Part shown: positions 37,101 through 47,395 of the stretch, one piece after another
Layout of the letters: the number at the start of each line of letters is the position of its first letter
Position numbering within the stretch: position 1 is the first letter of the stretch
Source of the DNA: a virus
Strand: one strand, 5' to 3'
Length of the DNA stretch: 64,000 bases
IMG/VR virus record: IMGVR_UViG_3300032242_001752
Span: 1 to 64,000 of that record
Made by a program: the position numbers and the translations under genes
Notes under the pieces: model-generated
Seen by the model: only the letters and a program-made list of their open reading frames with translations
What the model was told of the DNA's origin: nothing
Databases searched by the model: none

Positions 37101-39261
37101 TACAGTAACCTCTACTGTAACTTATATCCCGCAAATTGATTACACTTCTAGGGATTATGTTTCCATAGTCAACGATTTGACTACTATTGCCCAGCAGTTC
37201 AACCCTACCTGGAGTGCTAGCGATCCTACGGATATCGGTGTTACTCTAATTGAGCTATTTGCCTATTTAGGTGACCTATTAAATTATTATGCAGACCGTT
37301 CTGCATCAGAAGGGTTCCTAGCTACAGCTAGTCAGAGACAAAGCATTTTGCAATTAGCAGCTATGTTTGGATATACCGTTACTACTAATCAACCAGCGGT
37401 TGCAACAATTACGCTTGCAAATACTTCTGGAAGCTCTGTCACTGTGCCTGCATTAACCCAATTAAAATCTACCCAGGTAGTTAACGGACAAAATACAGAT
37501 GTTACTTTTGAACTAGATGCTGATACTACTATTTCAGCAAACAGTTCTGTTACCACTACGGCTACTCAGGGCATTACATATTCGAATGTTACTCTAGGAA
37601 CTTCCACAGGCGCGCCTAATCAAGTATTTAAAATTAATGCTATTGGCGTAATAGTTAATGGCGTAGGAGCTACTGCAAGCCTTAAAGTGTATGTCGGTAC
37701 TACACAGTACACTTATGTGTCTTCTCTAATTGACAGCGCTTCTTATGACTCTACATTTACTACATCAATTGATGCTGATGGTTACACCTACATCATTTTT
37801 GGAGATGGAGTAGCTGGCCGTATTCCACCAGCATCTTTGACTGTAAGCGCTACTTATAGACTTGGAGTAGGTTCTCAAGGAAACGTCCCCGCAGGTACTA
37901 TTCTAAGCCTAGCTACTAATAACGTATCTAACGTTACCGTTACTCAACCTTCTGCTGCCACTGGCGGAGCTGATATAGAAAGCAGCGACTCAATTAGAGT
38001 TAATGCTCCAAGAGCGTTAAGAACTTTGCGCAGAGCAGTTTCATTAAAAGATTATGCTTACATGGCTTTACAAGTAGCCGGTGTAGCAAAAGCTATTGCA
38101 GACTCATCTGTATGGACCACAGTTAACTTATATATTGGACCTTACAGCACTGCCGCTACAAGTACATATGGGCCTTACACCGGTGTTACTGCCATTGCTG
38201 CCACTGCATCAGACAGTACTACCGGAAGCGGTTATCTAACCTACACTTGTGCAAACTCCGGATTAGCTGTTGGTCAATATGTAACAGTTACAGGTATGGC
38301 ACCTGTTAACTATAATATTTACACTCCCGCATTAATAACATACGCAGATACTACGAAGTTTACTGTTGCGGGTAGCATAGCAGGAACATTTAATCAGTCG
38401 TTATCTGCTACAGCCCAAGTAACATCTACAGGCTCTAACTCATCTGATTTTAATACTTTAGCTAGCACAGTTCTTACCTACTTCACTGATAAGGTAGCTC
38501 CAAACGTTACGCTTAACGTACTTCCTCCTACATATGTGCAACTTAACTTAGATATGACTGTTCAAGTTTTAAAACAGTATCAGCAATCAGCTGTTTTGGC
38601 TCAAGTAAATAACGTTTTATCAAATCTATTTGATTATACAAACGCATTCTTTGCTGATAAAGTTCCGCAGCAGTATATTCTTCAGGCTTTAAGTAATATT
38701 GATGGTGTAGACATCACTACAAAAGTAACTCATCTTCGCAAAAATAAAGATGAAAAAATCTTTAGCGTGGCTAGCTGGACAGCTACTACCTCAGCAGTTA
38801 CTCTAACAACTACTGCTGCGCACACAATAACTGTGGGCTCTACGATTAGGGTTTATAACGTAGACCCTACTATTGATGGCTCATATACAGTAACCTCTGT
38901 GGGAAGCACGACAGTTACGTTTAACCTAACTGGAACTGCTACTCCTACAGGTATTACGGCATCTGCATGGACTACTGCGTCTACACAGTTAACTGGTTTA
39001 TCAAGCGTTGCAGGTATTACTGTCGGTATGAACGTTACTGGAACTAACTTAGTAAGCACTGTAAAATCGGTTGGTACTACAACTATTGACCTTGTTACTA
39101 AGCCAACGGGCTCTGGTTCAGGAGCGCTTACGTTTACTAAGCCATATACAGCTGCAGATAACTACGTTAAAGTAGTTGCTGTAGATGACATTGTATGTGC
39201 TACAAATGAAATTCCTATTCAAGGCATATTTAATATTACCGCTGTTGGCGGACTTTCTTAA
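37093..39261 (+). CDS. baseplate J-like protein
   Basis: DYTSRDY, FGDG..G.IP, GG.D.ES, RAVSLKDY. Confidence 0.9.
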   Translation: MSSTVTSTVTYIPQIDYTSRDYVSIVNDLTTIAQQFNPTWSASDPTDIGVTLIELFAYLGDLLNYYADRSASEGFLATASQRQSILQLAAMFGYTVTTNQPAVATITLANTSGSSVTVPALTQLKSTQVVNGQNTDVTFELDADTTISANSSVTTTATQGITYSNVTLGTSTGAPNQVFKINAIGVIVNGVGATASLKVYVGTTQYTYVSSLIDSASYDSTFTTSIDADGYTYIIFGDGVAGRIPPASLTVSATYRLGVGSQGNVPAGTILSLATNNVSNVTVTQPSAATGGADIESSDSIRVNAPRALRTLRRAVSLKDYAYMALQVAGVAKAIADSSVWTTVNLYIGPYSTAATSTYGPYTGVTAIAATASDSTTGSGYLTYTCANSGLAVGQYVTVTGMAPVNYNIYTPALITYADTTKFTVAGSIAGTFNQSLSATAQVTSTGSNSSDFNTLASTVLTYFTDKVAPNVTLNVLPPTYVQLNLDMTVQVLKQYQQSAVLAQVNNVLSNLFDYTNAFFADKVPQQYILQALSNIDGVDITTKVTHLRKNKDEKIFSVASWTATTSAVTLTTTAAHTITVGSTIRVYNVDPTIDGSYTVTSVGSTTVTFNLTGTATPTGITASAWTTASTQLTGLSSVAGITVGMNVTGTNLVSTVKSVGTTTIDLVTKPTGSGSGALTFTKPYTAADNYVKVVAVDDIVCATNEIPIQGIFNITAVGGLS

Positions 39262-39272
39262 GGAGAAAATAA

Positions 39273-39983
39273 ATGGCAAGCTATCCAAGTAACGTTAAAT
39301 CGTTTACAACTAAGGTTGACGGAGTCACTACAGTCGCCGCCGCTGACATTAATGACGTTCAAAGTGAAATTGTAGCTGTTGAGACAGCTCTGGGCACTAA
39401 CCCTGCTACTTCTGTGCTAGGTTCTGGCTCTATTGGCTCATACACAGCTGCTCCGGGCACACTAACTAACGTGAGTGCCAGGCTTCAAAATATTGAGGCC
39501 GGACTTAGTGCCAGCTCTACAGACGGTTCTCGCATTGGATACACTCAATTAGCCACTGGTTCTGTTGGTACATCTACTTCTATCACGGTTGCTGGTGCTA
39601 GCTATGTAAAACTTGTTGTAGTAATAAATATTACTACTATTGGTTCTGGTACAGCTATTACTATGGGCGCAAACAGTGCCACCTCATCTAAATACGGTCA
39701 CTTTAGCTTTGCCGCTACTCCAGCAGGTTTGGGTAGCGCAGCTGGTTCTGGTGGTATTCCGGTGTCTAGCGCACAGGTTCCTGCAAGCGGTGACACTATC
39801 ACAGTTGAATTCTACAACGTTGCTGGTGCTGGAGTTAAGCCTGTTAGCTTTATTAACGCGTATGGTTGGGGTACCGGCGCTTTGATTTCTGGTGGAACAG
39901 TTACCTCTGCTATTACTACAATTACTATAACCTGTAGCACAGCTCCAACTACATCTACTTACACAGTTTACGGCGTTAAGTAA
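39273..39983 (+). CDS. tail fibre or structural protein
   Basis: A.DINDVQ.EI.AVE..LG N-terminus; ends YGVK. Confidence 0.6.
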   Translation: MASYPSNVKSFTTKVDGVTTVAAADINDVQSEIVAVETALGTNPATSVLGSGSIGSYTAAPGTLTNVSARLQNIEAGLSASSTDGSRIGYTQLATGSVGTSTSITVAGASYVKLVVVINITTIGSGTAITMGANSATSSKYGHFSFAATPAGLGSAAGSGGIPVSSAQVPASGDTITVEFYNVAGAGVKPVSFINAYGWGTGALISGGTVTSAITTITITCSTAPTTSTYTVYGVK

Positions 39984-39994
39984 CAGGAAAATAA

Positions 39995-42900
39995 ATGACA
40001 ATCTATGGTTCTAAACCCTATTACTCTTTTACATACGGTTCTCCGGCTGTATTAGACTTTAGCATATCTCCGTTTAAAGCGATTGCTACGGACTATGGAA
40101 CTATATCTTTGTCTTGGTATATGCCTGGTTATGATGCTACTTTCTCAAAGTTAATCGTATTAAGAAGCGCACTAGGATTTCCTACAACTGCTGACGAAGG
40201 CGATTTAATTTATTCCACGACTAAGGTTGCTTTGTCTGTTGGAGGAAGCGGAACCCCAGTTACTTTAACTGGAGTAACATCATCCGGAACTAAATTTACA
40301 GTGTCTAGCACTACTGGTTTATCTGTAGGACAAACTATTACAGTGACTTCAGGTACGGGTACTTTATCCACTTCCGATATTACATATATTTCACAAATAC
40401 TTAGTTCTACAACTTTTTCAGTTAATCTGGCACCTAGCGTTGCGCTCTCTGGAGCTACCATAACTGCAACTAATTCTTTGTTAAATAAGAAGTTTACCTA
40501 TGTAGATAGTGGTGCGTATATCGACCAGCTAACTGGCTCTACAACTCCTACATACACTGCAACTACAGCGTTAGCTGTAAATAATGACACTCGCGTTACG
40601 CTAAAAGCAAGCAATTCAAACATTGCTGTTAAACAGTCAGTTACATATAAATCCAGCGGAAAAACTACAGGTCCTAACTCCGGTAGCGGTATCGTTGGTG
40701 GAACTACTGTTGCATCTATCAACGGAACTTCTTTAGTTCTTAGCGACTACGCTAATATCCCATCTGATACCGTACTAACATTTTCCCCTGTTTCTTTAGA
40801 TACAGGGCAGACTTATTACTACTCTATCTTTGTATATTCAAATAACTATTGGCAAAGAGTAGGTAAGCCTGCTGCCGGAGTTTCTATTAAAAATTATAAT
40901 ACCGCAACAACGATGTATGAACATTTGCCAGAGGTGTATCGTTCTCCTGCCGCGCTATCGTCATTCTCCACTGCTACTCAAAACGTAGATCTGTATAACT
41001 TTTTACGAGTATTTGCTGTTCAGTACGATCTTACAAAGACTATGATTGATAACGCTAAGAATAGATATGATGTTAAAAATCTTGATGGTCGTATGATTCC
41101 CGCTATGCTGGCGAGTTTTGGATTTAACTATGAAAGTGTTTTAGGGCTTCAGCAAGCTAGAAGGCTGCTTCAATACGCATCCTTTATTTATTTGAATAAA
41201 GGCTCTGTAAAAGGGCTTAAAGAGTTTATTGCAGCATTTGCGGGTTATAACGTGACTATTGGTAGCATAAAAAATCTTCTGCTTACACTAGACTGCTCTT
41301 CTTTTGAAAACGGAACTGGTTTTTGGGATATTACTTCCGGTACAGCCACTATAACTAATACCAACTCAACAACAGAAGGCGGAAGTCCGGCCCCTTATTT
41401 AGAGGCTAATTCTCCAGTGGGTTACTTAAATAAACAGGCTGGTTATCTAAAAGTATCTGCAACCTCCGGCGCGTCTGCTGTAACTATCAGCTACGGAAAC
41501 TCATTAGATGATTATGCAATTAGCACAACGGTTACTACAACCACTACGGGTTATGTAACCTTAACTACTGATAAATCTAACCCATTTACTGTAGGTCAAT
41601 CGGTAAATATTAAAGGCCTTTCCCCAGCATCTGTAAACGGTGTTTATAAAATAGTTAGCGTAAGTTCCTCCAGAGTATTTACTTTAGCTAATGCCGCTGT
41701 TTCATCAGGAACTGCTATTTCGGGGTCAGGTTTTGCATCCGTATTTGATCCTACTTTGTATGGAGTACCTGTAACTGCCGGTAACTACTATAAATTAGGT
41801 ATTTATAGCCAACCAAAAACTGGAAGCAGTTGCAGTATTACAGTTGGTATTAACTGGTATGACCAATTTGGGTCATACTTAAGCACTGTATTTGATGGCC
41901 CTTACGGTGCAACTACCCCTGGTTCTTGGACTCAAACTATAAATACTGCCCAGCTTGCTCCGGCAAGAGCCGCATACGCTGTTCCTTACTTTACCCTAGA
42001 TACATTTACTGGTACTCCGGACGTAGAATACTTTGATGCAGCGCAGTTTGAACAAGCCTATAGTACGGCATATAATCCGCTTCCATACACAGACGCTAGA
42101 CGTTTAGATTTGTATTTAACTCCTACCAGAGCTAATGAAATTATTAATCCTGGTTTTGAAACATCTGTAGCTAACTGGTCAGTTACTAATGGAAGCATTG
42201 CTCTAGAAACTGGGGCATCTAATATTTATCCAACCGCTAGCATTGGCGCAGGTACTTCTGTAAGTGCTGGATCAGCTAAGATTACGGCAACAGGTTCGAT
42301 TACCACACTTACTCAACTACTTTCAATATCTAACGTGTCCGTAGCCACTAGCGGAAGGTTACTTATTGGAACAGGGTATAGCACTTATGGAACCAATAAT
42401 TTATCCCTAGGCCAAACTATAACTAAAATATCTGGAACGGGTACTTTAGCAGCTAGTACCTTGATATCGTCTATTCAATCTTCTTCAAGATTTACAGTTA
42501 GCCCTAACCCAACTGGTAGTGGAAATATGACTATTGGTGTATCTGGCACTAAAATACTTCCAAATTTATCTTATGCACTTAGTATGTACGTAAGCGGAAC
42601 AGCCGGAGCAACAATAACTCCTACAGTTGTTTGGAAAAATTCTTCTGGAACTACTGTTCAAACAGATACTGGCTCAGCTACTACGCTAACTTCTTCGTTC
42701 CAGAGAGTATCTTTACTGCCATCTTCTATTTTTGGAACGGTATCTACTTCTTCATTATTTAGCACATCATTAGTTTTAACAACTGACATTTCTGCAGTCA
42801 CTGGTCAATCGGTAAGCGGTGCAGGCATTTTAGCCGGAACTACCGTATCTTCTTACAATAGTAGTACTAAAACTATTACGCTTAGCCAAGCCGCAACTGT

Positions 42901-43240
42901 AACTGCTGGAACAACTATTACCATAAGCCAAATGGTATCTCCGGCAACGGCATCTATTGCAGTAATTAACTTTGTATTTAATGGAGCTAACGGAAACGTG
43001 TACTATGTAGACTCCGTGCTTTTTGAGCTTGCAGCCAGTGCCTTGCCGTACTTTGATGGAGGAACTGGCTATAGGATGACTGACGACCTTATCTGGGAAA
43101 GTAATTCTGTTACAGATGGTAGAGGATTGTACTACAAAAATAGGTCTGCGGCTATTGCTAGACTTAATACAGAGTTAACTGAGTATATTCCTATGGGAGC
43201 TACTTTTGCCTTAATCACAGGCCGCTCAGCATTGTATTGA
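39995..43240 (+). CDS. baseplate wedge or receptor-binding protein with carbohydrate-binding-like modules
   Basis: LPEVY, KGS..GL gpI-like segment; NPGFE, DAAQFE, YFDG CBM-like repeats. Confidence 0.65.
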   Translation: MTIYGSKPYYSFTYGSPAVLDFSISPFKAIATDYGTISLSWYMPGYDATFSKLIVLRSALGFPTTADEGDLIYSTTKVALSVGGSGTPVTLTGVTSSGTKFTVSSTTGLSVGQTITVTSGTGTLSTSDITYISQILSSTTFSVNLAPSVALSGATITATNSLLNKKFTYVDSGAYIDQLTGSTTPTYTATTALAVNNDTRVTLKASNSNIAVKQSVTYKSSGKTTGPNSGSGIVGGTTVASINGTSLVLSDYANIPSDTVLTFSPVSLDTGQTYYYSIFVYSNNYWQRVGKPAAGVSIKNYNTATTMYEHLPEVYRSPAALSSFSTATQNVDLYNFLRVFAVQYDLTKTMIDNAKNRYDVKNLDGRMIPAMLASFGFNYESVLGLQQARRLLQYASFIYLNKGSVKGLKEFIAAFAGYNVTIGSIKNLLLTLDCSSFENGTGFWDITSGTATITNTNSTTEGGSPAPYLEANSPVGYLNKQAGYLKVSATSGASAVTISYGNSLDDYAISTTVTTTTTGYVTLTTDKSNPFTVGQSVNIKGLSPASVNGVYKIVSVSSSRVFTLANAAVSSGTAISGSGFASVFDPTLYGVPVTAGNYYKLGIYSQPKTGSSCSITVGINWYDQFGSYLSTVFDGPYGATTPGSWTQTINTAQLAPARAAYAVPYFTLDTFTGTPDVEYFDAAQFEQAYSTAYNPLPYTDARRLDLYLTPTRANEIINPGFETSVANWSVTNGSIALETGASNIYPTASIGAGTSVSAGSAKITATGSITTLTQLLSISNVSVATSGRLLIGTGYSTYGTNNLSLGQTITKISGTGTLAASTLISSIQSSSRFTVSPNPTGSGNMTIGVSGTKILPNLSYALSMYVSGTAGATITPTVVWKNSSGTTVQTDTGSATTLTSSFQRVSLLPSSIFGTVSTSSLFSTSLVLTTDISAVTGQSVSGAGILAGTTVSSYNSSTKTITLSQAATVTAGTTITISQMVSPATASIAVINFVFNGANGNVYYVDSVLFELAASALPYFDGGTGYRMTDDLIWESNSVTDGRGLYYKNRSAAIARLNTELTEYIPMGATFALITGRSALY

Positions 43241-43290
43241 CGTTTTATATTTTTTGTGTATACTGATACTTCCGTTCATAGGAGGTAAAT

Positions 43291-43911
43291 ATGAGACGAG
43301 TAACCATCGCGGTTATAGGTAACGCAAAAACAACCAGGGCTAACGTAGAGGCCCTAATTAGTGATGTAGTGGATTCGGTTGACGAAGCTGCTATTGCCAC
43401 AGTATATGATGAGACCCCATCTGAGGGCATTGTCTGGGCTCAACAGTGGGCTGCCGATAAAGGCATCAAGTTAAATAATTATCCGAGCAATAACTACACT
43501 CAGTTATTTGAAGATTACAAGGCTGAAGACGTAAAGTTCTTCATGCTTTGGTCTGATGAAGATACCGAGTGTCAACTAGCGGCCTCAAAGGCTCAGGAAG
43601 CCCGTGTAATGGCTTATGACCTTACAGACGGACTTATACACATACCGCTCAATTCTAACCCCATCTTGCGCCCACAGGAGCCCAAAATACCGGTAGCTGA
43701 AACTGTTACGGTAGTTACACCAGAGCCAGCTGTGGAAATTAAAGCAACTCCTGATATTGAAGTGGCCGAGGAAGATGAAGAAATCATCGACAATGTTGAT
43801 TACGATAGTGAGTATGACCTAGAGGAAACTCTAACTGTGCTAGTATCTGAACTTGGTAAAATCTTTGCGCGTTCATTCGCCAAAGAGTTTAAAAAAATTA
43901 TCAAGGACTAG
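43291..43911 (+). CDS. hypothetical protein (possible SLOG/Rossmann-like N-terminus)
   Basis: AGGAGG RBS; VTIAVIG start, acidic tail. Confidence 0.7.
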   Translation: MRRVTIAVIGNAKTTRANVEALISDVVDSVDEAAIATVYDETPSEGIVWAQQWAADKGIKLNNYPSNNYTQLFEDYKAEDVKFFMLWSDEDTECQLAASKAQEARVMAYDLTDGLIHIPLNSNPILRPQEPKIPVAETVTVVTPEPAVEIKATPDIEVAEEDEEIIDNVDYDSEYDLEETLTVLVSELGKIFARSFAKEFKKIIKD

Positions 43912-43912
43912 T

Positions 43913-44785
43913 ATGCCAATTGAACTAAGTAGGCAAGCGCAGGATTGCCTAGCATTCCTGTACCTAAATCCTACACTTACAATTAATCACCGTACCCTGA
44001 TGGAGCACAAGGGCTTAAGCAGACGAAAGAGCCTATCTGTCCTACAGGAGCTACGAGACGCAAACTGCCTCAAAATGACTAGACTAGTCGGAGGCGGAAC
44101 TAAAACTAAAGTGGTAATGTCAGACGTGACCAAATCGGTATTGTCTGGTTATCGCCATATAGCAGTACAGCTAGTAAGCAGTATTTACAATAGCTATACA
44201 GCTAGTACTACTAATATAGCTACAAATAAATTCCTCGACGAGGTCGAGGGGAAGGAAAAGCAAGTGGGTTATGATTTCTTTGAAAAGACTTCGTCTCCGG
44301 ATGATGAGACTCTGGTGGAGCGTGCAAAGCACATGGCTGCTAAGAAAGCTGAGTACGCGGAGGTTCGCGAGGCTAAGGCGCAAAAACACAAGGACCAACA
44401 CCGCTCTAAGATCGCACCGGTACACTGGACCTGCAAGGATGTCGCGTACGAGTTTGCCGATAGGATGGCAGACATATGGACTATCAAACCATTCAATGTC
44501 ACGCAGTCAAGATTCGTACAGGCCCTTTCCGTATTCCGGAAACAGCAGGATACGAATGGAGAGTTGGAGCTTAAGCTCATCGAACTATTCTTCAGCACCA
44601 TCAAGCATGACAAATACACAGATGGCAACCATCTCTGGAGAGCCTTCCTCTACAAAGCCCCCAGTTTGCTAACGCAGGCTCGAGAGAGTATTATCACCGT
44701 AGAGCAGATGGAAACGAATATTATTCGGGACCAAGAATTAACTAACCGTAAGCTTGCTCTGCTAGACGAGGATGACGATGTATAA
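43913..44785 (+). CDS. putative replication initiator (N-terminal HTH)
   Basis: HTH-like GLSRRKSLSVLQEL, low-complexity linker, upstream of a DnaC-like loader. Confidence 0.6.
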   Translation: MPIELSRQAQDCLAFLYLNPTLTINHRTLMEHKGLSRRKSLSVLQELRDANCLKMTRLVGGGTKTKVVMSDVTKSVLSGYRHIAVQLVSSIYNSYTASTTNIATNKFLDEVEGKEKQVGYDFFEKTSSPDDETLVERAKHMAAKKAEYAEVREAKAQKHKDQHRSKIAPVHWTCKDVAYEFADRMADIWTIKPFNVTQSRFVQALSVFRKQQDTNGELELKLIELFFSTIKHDKYTDGNHLWRAFLYKAPSLLTQARESIITVEQMETNIIRDQELTNRKLALLDEDDDV

Positions 44786-45464
44786 GCCAGATGAACTACC
44801 TGCCCGTAGACGCACTTGGGTAAAGATTGCAAGTATTCCACCAGCCAAACTAGGTTGGACCCTAGAGGATTGCACAGCGGTTCCTAGTGATGTTATGACA
44901 GCAGTTACCAAGTGGACTTCGGCGATTACATCAAACAAAGTAATTCGCGCTGAGGGTAAAGCAACCTGTGGACTTGGTCTGATGCTATATGGACTACCTG
45001 GTCGTGGTAAAACCACAATGGCAAATACTTTGCTACAAGAAGTTTTACGAACCGCTGCCCCTGAAGTTCTAGGCATGACACCGGGTAAGATTGTTTCTAG
45101 ACCTGCCTACTTTATTACCTACAACGCTCTTCTTGACCTTAAGGGCGCAATCATGGAAGACCATGACAATGATGACGAGCTGCTTTATAACGGCATCCTT
45201 GGCGAAGCGTATGATGACGCTTACAATGTTCGAGTATTAGTCCTAGACGATGTAGGCAAGGAACACGCAAGCGCTTCGGGGTGGCAAAAGAATATGCTGC
45301 ACCATGTGCTTCGTACGCGGTTTAATAATGGACTGCCAACTATCGTTACGACTAATCTAAAGATTGATGACTGGGAGGCTCACTACGGGTCTGCTACGCA
45401 GTCGTTCGTACACGAATCGTTTATATATGTAAACATGGATTCGATTTCAGATTTGAGAAAATAA
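44772..45464 (+). CDS. DnaC/IstB-like helicase loader ATPase
   Basis: GLPGRGKT, LVLDDVGKE, R....LPTIVTTN. Confidence 0.88.
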   Translation: MTMYKPDELPARRRTWVKIASIPPAKLGWTLEDCTAVPSDVMTAVTKWTSAITSNKVIRAEGKATCGLGLMLYGLPGRGKTTMANTLLQEVLRTAAPEVLGMTPGKIVSRPAYFITYNALLDLKGAIMEDHDNDDELLYNGILGEAYDDAYNVRVLVLDDVGKEHASASGWQKNMLHHVLRTRFNNGLPTIVTTNLKIDDWEAHYGSATQSFVHESFIYVNMDSISDLRK

Positions 45465-45465
45465 C

Positions 45466-45765
45466 ATGGCAGGTAAGCGATTACTACAGGTCTTTTTAAG
45501 TCCTACTTCAGATAATCCAGGCCCAGGAATTTTTGAGGTAAACACAGATGCTTTTAAGCACCTAACTTGCAACTGTCCAGGATTTATAGCAAAAAATACT
45601 TGCAAGCATACGTCATTAATTGAGCGCAGGATAGAAGAGAACAATGGCCTATATCCATTTGATTTTGCAGAGAAAGTTACAAATACTGAAATAATTGAGG
45701 CCATGAGTAGTGAACAAAACTTTAGAGAATTTGTAATTAAATACGCTAAAGTAGAAATTTACTGA
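45466..45765 (+). CDS. SWIM zinc-finger protein
   Basis: CNCPGF....CKH. Confidence 0.8.
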   Translation: MAGKRLLQVFLSPTSDNPGPGIFEVNTDAFKHLTCNCPGFIAKNTCKHTSLIERRIEENNGLYPFDFAEKVTNTEIIEAMSSEQNFREFVIKYAKVEIY

Positions 45766-46172
45766 TGCAAGGTAATGATATTAGCAATTCCTTACCTCAG
45801 CGGATTATAGTAACCGCAGAGGTAATTACAGACGTGAGTGAAGAAACTACAAAAGTTTTAGGATTCGTGCCTGTAAAAAGAAGGCGCAAAGAGTACAACC
45901 GATTGGTGCTTAGTCACCTATACATGGTAACTTTAAAGCGTGGTATTACAATGGAGCTGGTCAGCTTTACACATTCAGATGATGACATGGTAGAGTTGAT
46001 GCTTCATCTAGATAAGGTCGGAACGAATCCGTTTCGTTACGGCACATCTTACAAGTCGGTTGATAAGTTAGTTTCAGAACTTCCTTACCGACCAGAAGTC
46101 ATCGGCGTAATTGATATTCCATCGCGACTACTTAGGTACGGTCGATGGGGAATGGACTTTCCTAGTTTATGA
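45765..46172 (+). CDS. hypothetical protein
   Basis: 135 aa, coupled. Confidence 0.75.
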   Translation: MQGNDISNSLPQRIIVTAEVITDVSEETTKVLGFVPVKRRRKEYNRLVLSHLYMVTLKRGITMELVSFTHSDDDMVELMLHLDKVGTNPFRYGTSYKSVDKLVSELPYRPEVIGVIDIPSRLLRYGRWGMDFPSL

Positions 46173-47395
46173 GTACAGAAACAAAACTAATTGGAGCGGC
46201 TATCCGTGTCCGAGATTTAGCACCGCTATTTGAGCGCGGAGTATCCGACAACTGGTTTTCTAATGAAGATGACAAGCGTGTCTGGTCATTTATGCGAACT
46301 CACTTTGCTAAGTATGGTGAAAGCCCTAGCGAAGAAGTAGTAGCTGCTAACTTTCCGACCTATCGAATCGCAGAACTAACTGACTCGATGGATTTCCTAC
46401 TAGACGACCTAGTAGATAAACGTCGCAAACTTTCTATTAGCAATACTCTACGCTCTGCTGTAGAGGCTATTCAAACGGATAAAGACCATGAGTCAGCTTT
46501 GCTTATTATGCAAAGTGGGTTGGTCAAGCTTGAGGAAGAGGGACTGAACAAGACCTCAGATATCAACTTGATTACCACAACAGAATCTCGCTGGGAAGAC
46601 TATCTGTTCCGTAAGAATAATCCTGGCCTACTAGGTGTTGCCACCGGTTTTCCTACAATTGACGCTGTCACTAACGGCCTACAGAATGGTCAGTTAATCG
46701 TTATCGTGGCTACGCCTAAGACAGGTAAGTCAACGCTTGCTTTGCAGATTGCTAATAATATTCACAAGCAAGATATGTCGCCTATGTTCCAGTCATTTGA
46801 GATGACTAACCGCGAACAGCAAAACCGATATGACTCAATGCGAGCTTTGGTTTCGCACAACAGACTTATCTCAGGTACTCTTAACAAAGATGAAGAAAAG
46901 CGCTTTCAAGATTCCCTAACTGCAATGGCTGATGACCCTACAAATTTCTGGCTTGTAGATGCGGCCCACGGAATTACCGTGTCAGCTATCCAGAGTAAGA
47001 TTCAAACCCTAAACCCAGACGTTGTATTCATCGATGGTGTTTATCTGATGATGGACGAGCAGACTGGTGAGTCAAACACGCCACAGGCTTTGACAGGCAT
47101 TACTCGTTCACTAAAGCGCTTGGCTCAAAGAACTAATAAGCCTATCGTGATTACCACTCAGGCCCTTAACTGGAAAACTAAAAAGGGTAAAGTATCCACA
47201 GACTCTATCGGTTACTCATCATCATTCCTACAGGATGCTGACGTAGTATTCGGACTTGAACGTGAGGACGAGAACGTAGATGACACCAGAACGCTAAAGG
47301 TTATGGCTGCTCGTAACAGCGGTAACGTAGAGGCCTCTCTGATGTGGGACTGGGCCAGTGGTCTATTCCGTGAGATGACTGGAGATGACGTATGA
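46169..47395 (+). CDS. dnaB: replicative DnaB-like helicase
   Basis: GVATGFPTID...GLQ, ATPKTGKS, FEM, FIDG.YLM, QDAD. Confidence 0.92.
   Translation: MSTETKLIGAAIRVRDLAPLFERGVSDNWFSNEDDKRVWSFMRTHFAKYGESPSEEVVAANFPTYRIAELTDSMDFLLDDLVDKRRKLSISNTLRSAVEAIQTDKDHESALLIMQSGLVKLEEEGLNKTSDINLITTTESRWEDYLFRKNNPGLLGVATGFPTIDAVTNGLQNGQLIVIVATPKTGKSTLALQIANNIHKQDMSPMFQSFEMTNREQQNRYDSMRALVSHNRLISGTLNKDEEKRFQDSLTAMADDPTNFWLVDAAHGITVSAIQSKIQTLNPDVVFIDGVYLMMDEQTGESNTPQALTGITRSLKRLAQRTNKPIVITTQALNWKTKKGKVSTDSIGYSSSFLQDADVVFGLEREDENVDDTRTLKVMAARNSGNVEASLMWDWASGLFREMTGDDV

Noticed and set aside
4237-44628. Many minus-strand ORFs overlapping structural and replication genes
   Set aside because: Antisense shadows of strongly biased coding frames, with no RBS or motifs.
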